Source: Candidatus Sericytochromatia bacterium (GTDB taxonomy: Bacteria > Cyanobacteriota > Sericytochromatia > S15B-MN24 > JAQBPE01). From it: a stretch of 10,306 bases of DNA. The notes beneath the pieces are model-generated. The model did no database searches. It was not told the origin of the DNA and worked only from the letters and a program-made list of their open reading frames with translations. Below, piece by piece: positions 1-4,568 of the stretch (positions are counted from its first letter, which is position 1; each line of letters begins with the position of its first letter). Where the stretch lies: positions 34,654 through 44,959 of the forward strand of contig JBBAPZ010000024.1 in NCBI GenBank assembly GCA_040400605.1. The letters run 5' to 3'. A program made the position numbers and the translations under genes.

Positions 1-513
1 GATCCGAGTGGCTTCATGTATGCCATGGGCGTTTACACGCTGCAACGAATGGCGAGCCGCTACGAACAGACGATTGCGCACCTCGGGCGAGTAGCGGGTG
101 TACTTACCGGGCCTATGCACTCGGCGGAATATGCGCCGCTCGACTTCTGACACGGCATCAGCGCCCTTGTCCTGCATAACTTCGCGCAAGTGATCCCGCA
201 CACCCTGCCGCACGTAGCTCATGTGCCGGTCTGTAGTGTTGCTGTACCGCGAATCAGTGAGCCACAGCTCGCACGCTTTGGTCTTGTTGCTGATTACCAC
301 GGCACCAATGTCTGTCTGGTATGAGGTCAGCAGCGCGGCCATGGTGAAATCGTCAGCGGTGCGTGGGTGGGTATACGCGGCGACTGGTGTCCCGAACGTA
401 ACGTACAGATTCGACCCCTGCGCAGAGCGCCTGTACTTCTGATTCTCCGGTGCATCCGGGTGCGTGAACACAGACAGAAACCGTGACACGATGACTGAAT
501 TTGAAAGGGCCAT
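1..513 (-). CDS. Phage hypothetical (early) protein, partial: 3' end runs off the window
   Basis: Not in the ORF track because no stop lies in the window. Manual translation from ATG at 513-511 is open for 171 codons to base 1 (MALSNSVIVSRFLSVFTHPDAPENQKYRRSAQGSNLYVTFGTPVAAYTHPRTADDFTMAALLTSYQTDIGAVVISNKTKACELWLTDSRYSNTTDRHMSYVRQ...). It is preceded by ACTGGAGGTTTT-ATG, identical to the start region of the neighbouring 573..773 gene. Confidence 0.85.
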   Translation of the reverse strand, partial: MALSNSVIVSRFLSVFTHPDAPENQKYRRSAQGSNLYVTFGTPVAAYTHPRTADDFTMAALLTSYQTDIGAVVISNKTKACELWLTDSRYSNTTDRHMSYVRQGVRDHLREVMQDKGADAVSEVERRIFRRVHRPGKYTRYSPEVRNRLFVAARHSLQRVNAHGIHEATRI

Positions 514-559
514 AAAACCTCCAGTAAGCAAGTGAATGAGTTAGTGAATCAGTGAAGCT

Positions 560-575
560 TAATCCCGTGGGATTA
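560..575. repeat. 16-bp palindromic motif, copy 1 (TAATCCCGTGGGATTA)
   Basis: Read directly. One of five near-identical copies. Confidence 0.95.
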
Positions 576-773
576 GATGTTGAAAACGTCGGACTCGGCC
601 TTGATGCCGTCAGCAACAACAGCGTCCTGCAACTCATCAATCAAGGCAATGATGCCGTCGAGCGACTCGCGCTGGTGTCCGTCATGCACAGAGGCGAGGT
701 ACAGAAGTGTCAGCTTTTGGGTTTGCAGCAGGGCGTAGTCAACGCTAGCCGCGAAGGATTGCAGTCGTGGCAT
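573..773 (-). CDS. Small acidic phage hypothetical protein (66 aa)
   Basis: ORF with a strong GGAGG Shine-Dalgarno (ACTGGAGGTTTT-ATG), downstream of a near-consensus promoter. Its TAA stop (575-573) lies inside the 560-575 palindrome. Confidence 0.8.
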   Translation of the reverse strand: MPRLQSFAASVDYALLQTQKLTLLYLASVHDGHQRESLDGIIALIDELQDAVVADGIKAESDVFNI

Positions 774-837
774 AAAACCTCCAGTGAATAAGTAAACGAA
801 TGAAGCTTAATCCAGATGCCTTCCGGCACCTGGGATC

Positions 838-853
838 TAATCCCATGGGATTA
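838..853. repeat. 16-bp palindromic motif, copy 2 (TAATCCCATGGGATTA)
   Basis: Read directly. Perfect palindrome in the predicted 5' leader downstream of the 910-938 promoter. Confidence 0.95.
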
Positions 854-909
854 AGCGGGGTGTTGAGCAGGGCTGCGGTTTGTTGTCGCTTCCCCACTCA
901 ACAGAAGAC

Positions 910-938
910 ATTGTATCAGATTACTCGTAGCTTGTCAA
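910..938 (-). promoter_or_regulatory. sigma70-type promoter driving the 773->1 genes
   Basis: Minus strand reads TTGACA (938-933), 17 nt, TACAAT (915-910), with TG-A just before the -10 (extended -10). Confidence 0.85.
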
Positions 939-958
939 GTCAGGCAGGGGACAGGACT

Positions 959-1480
959 TCATACGTAGAACCCCAGCGCGAGCAGCTTGCGGCGTGCGAT
1001 CTCTGCATGGATAGCCTGCTCCTCCTCGGTTGGGTTCTCCGGGTCTACGGGGGCGTAGACTAGCTCGGGTTCTTCGGCGGTGGGGGCTGGTGGTGTGTAT
1101 GCATGGGGCACGTAGTCCGGCTGCTCCTTGATGTACGCCTTAGCCCGGCTGTACATACCCTGCGCGTCAGCAAGCTTGAGACCGTATGAGTCGGCTACGT
1201 CCTGCAACTTCTCGCCTGCCTGCACTCGGGCATAGATGTGGTCGCGCCATGCGTTTGGTTCCGTCGGAATCGGCACTCGTACAACGGGGGGTTTGGCGTT
1301 GGTGAGCGCTGCGGAGGTTGATTGGGCGGTTTTCGCAGGGTTGGCGATGAGTCCGTCTTGGCGTGCAAGTTCGTGGAAATGAGCCCGAATCATGTTGTTG
1401 ATTGACATGAAGCGCCGTTCGGCAACGGAAACCATGAGCTTGTGCTCGTCGTCGGGGATGCGAATAGTCAGGGATTTCAT
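959..1480 (-). CDS. Putative DNA-binding regulator: N-terminal ribbon-helix-helix (Arc/MetJ/CopG-like) plus a probable HTH, 173 aa
   Basis: N-terminus MKSLTIRIPDDEHKLMVSVAERRFMSINNMIRAHFHELA fits the RHH pattern (alternating beta-strand, helix, S-x-N turn, helix). RDHIYARVQAGEKLQDVADSYGLKLADAQGMYSRAK resembles an HTH. Pro/Ala-rich linkers separate the parts. GAGG lies 7 nt upstream of the ATG. Confidence 0.75.
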   Translation of the reverse strand: MKSLTIRIPDDEHKLMVSVAERRFMSINNMIRAHFHELARQDGLIANPAKTAQSTSAALTNAKPPVVRVPIPTEPNAWRDHIYARVQAGEKLQDVADSYGLKLADAQGMYSRAKAYIKEQPDYVPHAYTPPAPTAEEPELVYAPVDPENPTEEEQAIHAEIARRKLLALGFYV

Positions 1481-1635
1481 CGAAAAACCTCAAAAAAGTG
1501 GTTGATTTAGGACACCATAATGAGCCCGTAGAGCCTGATTTATGGAGTCCTAAATATACCATAATGGGCTCATAGTGGTGTCACTTTTTTGCCTCTTTTT
1601 TAGGCAATAGACAGAAATAGTTGGAAAAAGGCTGC

Positions 1636-1651
1636 TAATCCCATGGGATTA
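1636..1651. repeat. 16-bp palindromic motif, copy 3 (TAATCCCATGGGATTA)
   Basis: Read directly. Extends to an 18-bp perfect palindrome CTAATCCCATGGGATTAG (1635-1652). Confidence 0.95.
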
Positions 1652-1679
1652 GACGGAAAATTAGTTGGGCAAAATCGCG

Positions 1680-1894
1680 TAAGTCGTTGATTTATAAGGC
1701 TTTAGCAAATTAGTTGGGAGTTCGGGGGAAGAGAGCGGTTTTGGCAGAGGGGGGTTGGGCTCCTGCGCATCGTCAACGAGTGGGCAGAATTTTTCAAACC
1801 TTCCCTGTTTTTCTCCAATCTAAATTACTAAATTACTATACAGACTGTATTTATAAGCTATTGCAGGAAAAAACCCTTATAAATCAATCACTTA
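1680..1894. repeat. 20-bp inverted repeat pair, each arm containing an IHF-consensus core
   Basis: TAAGTCGTTGATTTATAAGG (1680-1699) and CCTTATAAATCAATCACTTA (1875-1894) match 18/20 as inverted repeats. The cores AATCAACGACTTA (-) and AATCAATCACTTA (+) both fit WATCAANNNNTTR. Confidence 0.7.
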
Positions 1895-2096
1895 TGCACA
1901 CCACGGGTAATGCGTCAGTTTAATCTACAGATTTGTAAGTTTCGTGTAATCTAAAAAAGTGGTCACTTCGCTGCAAACCCGCATGGTTGAGCCAAAGTTG
2001 CGAATCTACAACAGCGTTTCAGTCTTATATAAGACCGTGGCTCGTACGTCGTTATACAAAATCGAATCTAAATCGTGGCTCATACGTCGCTGCGCT

Positions 2097-2112
2097 TAAT
2101 CCCGTGGGATTA
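2097..2112. repeat. 16-bp palindromic motif, copy 4 (TAATCCCGTGGGATTA)
   Basis: Read directly. Confidence 0.95.
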
Positions 2113-2191
2113 CGACGCGCACTATTTTGCATGGCGCGGCCATGATAGTAGGCCCCCGGCTGGGCATGATAGTAGTGATAGTTTGGGCGCG

Positions 2192-2220
2192 AAAAAGCGC
2201 CCCGGCCAGGGCCGGGGCGC
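2192..2220 (-). terminator. Rho-independent terminator after the 2246..2887 gene
   Basis: Minus strand: perfect 10-bp stem GCGCCCCGGC-cctg-GCCGGGGCGC followed by TTTTT. A second small hairpin (AGGGGC-caga-GCCCCT, 2225-2240) lies between it and the stop codon. Confidence 0.85.
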
Positions 2221-2245
2221 AGCAAGGGGCCAGAGCCCCTGCGGG

Positions 2246-2887
2246 TTAGGCGCTCGCCGCGCCTTTCACCACTTTACCCTTTACCGCCTTTTCCAGGCGG
2301 TAACCCTGCTCGATAAGTCGGGCCACAATGCGAGGGTGATAGACCGCATCGGTCAGGTACGGCTCGAGATTGTCCAGCCATGCGGAGAATGCATCGACTT
2401 CCGTCATCACTTGGACACCGGGCGCGGGTGCTGCGGGTGCTGCGGCTTTGCGTCCGCCGCCTGCCTTGCGGCCGATACCGTGCGCTTCGCGCACTTGCTT
2501 TACCGCGTCCTTCATGGCGTGTTTGCTCATGTTGACCGCGTCCGCCGCCGTTACGTGTTGCTCGACTTTTTTACCGTCGGCACCAATGGCAGTGACGGAA
2601 ACGGGACATTGTGCGGCTGCGTGAAGTGTCAGGGCGTCAACAAACAAGCTTTTGACGTTATGACCGGCGGAGACAAAATCCGCCGCATACAAGGCCACCA
2701 CAGTCGCGATGCGATCACCCATGGGCTGGGCTGGGTTGAGTTGAGCGGCGGCGGCTTGGGCGGCTTCCTTGCACTTGGCAAGCATGGTACCGGCGGCTTG
2801 TCCGGCTTGGTTGATCAAAGCCCCGACTGCATCGATGCGAGCGGGGGCGGGTGCTGCGACTGCAGCGGGTGCTTTGGCTTGGGCCAT
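2246..2887 (-). CDS. Ala-rich phage hypothetical early protein (213 aa)
   Basis: Long ORF with AGGAG 6 nt upstream of the ATG, its own promoter (2961-2989) and its own terminator (2192-2220). No family recognised. Confidence 0.85.
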   Translation of the reverse strand: MAQAKAPAAVAAPAPARIDAVGALINQAGQAAGTMLAKCKEAAQAAAAQLNPAQPMGDRIATVVALYAADFVSAGHNVKSLFVDALTLHAAAQCPVSVTAIGADGKKVEQHVTAADAVNMSKHAMKDAVKQVREAHGIGRKAGGGRKAAAPAAPAPGVQVMTEVDAFSAWLDNLEPYLTDAVYHPRIVARLIEQGYRLEKAVKGKVVKGAASA

Positions 2888-2960
2888 GAGAATCTCCTAG
2901 TAAACAAGTCTCCCGGATACCGCCGGGCCGGTCTGCAGTCAATCCCGACTGCATGGATGC

Positions 2961-2989
2961 ATTATGACACGTGGCGGGTATGTCGTCAA
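2961..2989 (-). promoter_or_regulatory. sigma70-type promoter for the 2246..2887 gene
   Basis: Minus strand TTGACG (2989-2984), 17 nt, CATAAT (2966-2961), with an extended -10 TG-T. Confidence 0.75.
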
Positions 2990-2990
2990 C

Positions 2991-3006
2991 TAATCCCATG
3001 GGATTA
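2991..3006. repeat. 16-bp palindromic motif, copy 5 (TAATCCCATGGGATTA)
   Basis: Read directly. Separated by 1 nt from the -35 hexamer of the 2961-2989 promoter. Confidence 0.95.
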
Positions 3007-3122
3007 ACGGGACTCGCGTGATAGTAGTCGGCGGGTAATGCGTCACTGGGCGCGGGCCGTCGCATGGTGCTCACGGCGTTGTGTCAAGGGCCGGGGGTGA
3101 TAGTAGTGATAGTTCCGGGCGC

Positions 3123-3148
3123 AAAAAAGCCCGGCACAGGGCCGGGCT
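3123..3148 (-). terminator. Rho-independent terminator after the 3717->3153 genes
   Basis: Minus strand GCCCGGC-cctgt-GCCGGGC followed by TTTTTT, just after the TAA at 3155-3153. Confidence 0.85.
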
Positions 3149-3152
3149 GGGG

Positions 3153-3248
3153 TTAGAAGAAGAGGGCATCGAGCCCGTGAAGGATGAGGGCTGTGAGCCC
3201 CAGCCCGAGGGCCAGGGCCAGCGCTAGATCAAGCGCACTGGATTTCAT
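3153..3248 (-). CDS. Putative 31-aa single-pass membrane peptide
   Basis: Manual translation MKSSALDLALALALGLGLTALILHGLDALFF*. It overlaps the end of the upstream gene by 20 nt, has AAGGA upstream, and stops 4 nt before the terminator stem, filling the gap exactly. Confidence 0.65.
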   Translation of the reverse strand: MKSSALDLALALALGLGLTALILHGLDALFF

Positions 3249-3717
3249 ACTTGGGCACTTCCTTGATTTCGGTACCGACCTGGACCCGCCGGCAGTTTTC
3301 ACCGTCAACCGGCAGACGGGCATCAATCACCAGACGCACTGAGCACTTGCCCACCATGCCCCGATAAATGAACGAGCGCTCAGCGTAATCTTCGCTGGCG
3401 TAATCGCGAGTCGCGTTGGCCTCCAGACCCTGGACCGATTCGGCGGCGCTGAGAATGTCCGCCATTTGCTGGCCCTTCAGGGAATCTACTTTTACGCTGG
3501 CATGAATGCTCAGATGAACCGAATCATCCCACTCATAGTATTCGGCGCTTGCCCATACGCTATCAGCCAGACGCTGAACTGCAGCCGTCGCGGCCAGGGC
3601 CATGTTAATGGAATCCTTATGCTTTTCCAGACCGGCCAGGGTAGCACGCTGCGAGCGCACCGACTCACGGCGCGATTCGAGAACAGACGAGACCGACAAA
3701 GTTTTGCGTTTAGCCAT
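3229..3717 (-). CDS. Phage hypothetical early protein (162 aa), first gene of the leftward arm
   Basis: ORF with ACTGGAG Shine-Dalgarno 6 nt upstream and a promoter at 3777-3804. No family recognised. Confidence 0.85.
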   Translation of the reverse strand: MAKRKTLSVSSVLESRRESVRSQRATLAGLEKHKDSINMALAATAAVQRLADSVWASAEYYEWDDSVHLSIHASVKVDSLKGQQMADILSAAESVQGLEANATRDYASEDYAERSFIYRGMVGKCSVRLVIDARLPVDGENCRRVQVGTEIKEVPKYEIQCA

Positions 3718-3776
3718 TACATTCTCCAGTAAGTTAGTGAGTTTCTGAACACTGCTTCATTTGCTGCAGTGGTGTT

Positions 3777-3804
3777 AGTATAACACTGTTCGCTGGGCTG
3801 ACAA
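3777..3804 (-). promoter_or_regulatory. sigma70-type promoter for the 3717->3153 unit
   Basis: Minus strand TTGTCA (3804-3799), 16 nt, TATACT (3782-3777), with an extended -10 TG-T. Confidence 0.7.
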
Positions 3805-4004
3805 GGGGCTGGGCGGAGCAGGTGTGATAGTAGTGGAGGGTACCGGACCCCCAAGCCCACCCCCCTCCCCCCATGGCTTTGATCCGTCACTCTCAGAACA
3901 AGGCCAATTTTTTGATTTCCATGTCTTACGCACAACATAAATAATTCACCCGCCCCCCCAACAAAGCCATTCCAAAAATTTTTTGGTCGTGCTACATTCG
4001 GCCC

Positions 4005-4568
4005 ATGCATAGTGCTATATCTGCGGACCAACTCCTGCGTGACTTATCTCTTGCAGTAGCGAGAAATCAAGTCGGTGCCAACAAACCAGTACACGAGATC
4101 GCTCGCCTGGAGGGTTTGACGCCTTCAGAATACGACGACATCGCGGCCAATCCGATGTTTCAACGGTATGTTGAAGAGAAGGTGCAGGAACTGACTGAGA
4201 ACGGCTTCTCCTACGCTGCAAAAGCTGCAGTTTTGGCCGAGGCAGGGCTCCCATTTGTCTACCACATACTCTCTGACCCCGATCAAGCGGGTCTGGCCCG
4301 TCTAAAAGCCCACGAACAGCTCCAAAAAGCGGCTGAAAAGGTGCTGAAAATCACGGATACGGGTGCTGGCGGCAGTGGAAATGGCGGTTTTTCAGTCGTA
4401 ATTAACCTGCCGGGAACGACAAATTCGACCCCAGAAACCATCGTTTTGACCGCAAAAAACGACGAAAACAACGCCCAAACGCTGAAAATTGACAAAAAAC
4501 CTAGGGATTTGCCGTTCGTTGAGCCCGATGACTATGTGTATGCCGGGGACGATTTTGGTGCCGCATGA
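4005..4568 (+). CDS. Probable terminase small subunit (187 aa)
   Basis: Directly upstream of the large terminase, with an ATGA overlap. It has an HTH-like N-terminal part (VHEIARLEGLTPSEYDDI), a helical middle, a Gly-rich linker and a C-terminal beta-strand (GFSVVINL). The call rests on position and architecture. Confidence 0.65.
   Translation: MHSAISADQLLRDLSLAVARNQVGANKPVHEIARLEGLTPSEYDDIAANPMFQRYVEEKVQELTENGFSYAAKAAVLAEAGLPFVYHILSDPDQAGLARLKAHEQLQKAAEKVLKITDTGAGGSGNGGFSVVINLPGTTNSTPETIVLTAKNDENNAQTLKIDKKPRDLPFVEPDDYVYAGDDFGAA

Noticed and set aside
552..1063. + strand ORFs 552..791 and 800..1063, both beginning MKLNP
   Set aside because: The shared start only reflects the DNA repeat TGAAGCTTAATCC. 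Promoter and RBS signals support the minus-strand genes.
1714..1923. 69-aa + strand ORF in the non-coding region
   Set aside because: TTG start without an RBS, opposite to the local gene direction, and it overlaps the repeat motifs.
560..3006. Palindromes as a CRISPR array
   Set aside because: The repeats are only 16 bp, spacing is irregular (about 280-900 bp), whole genes lie between them, and no cas genes are present.
2075..3007. 310-aa + strand ORF
   Set aside because: It is antisense to the 213-aa gene that has promoter, RBS and terminator, and it runs through the terminator and repeat modules.
3061..3087. Perfect TTGACA (- strand, 3087-3082) as an extra promoter
   Set aside because: There is no acceptable -10 hexamer 16-19 nt downstream. 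It may be a decayed copy of the 3777-3804 promoter context but cannot be supported as active.
560..3148. Integron attC sites or transposon ends
   Set aside because: I found no RYYYAAC/GTTRRRY-bounded attC structure with extrahelical bases, and no integrase or transposase in the window.
3717..4031. 104-aa minus-strand ORF across the divergence region
   Set aside because: It crosses promoters and homopolymer tracts, overlaps the terS start, and lacks an RBS.
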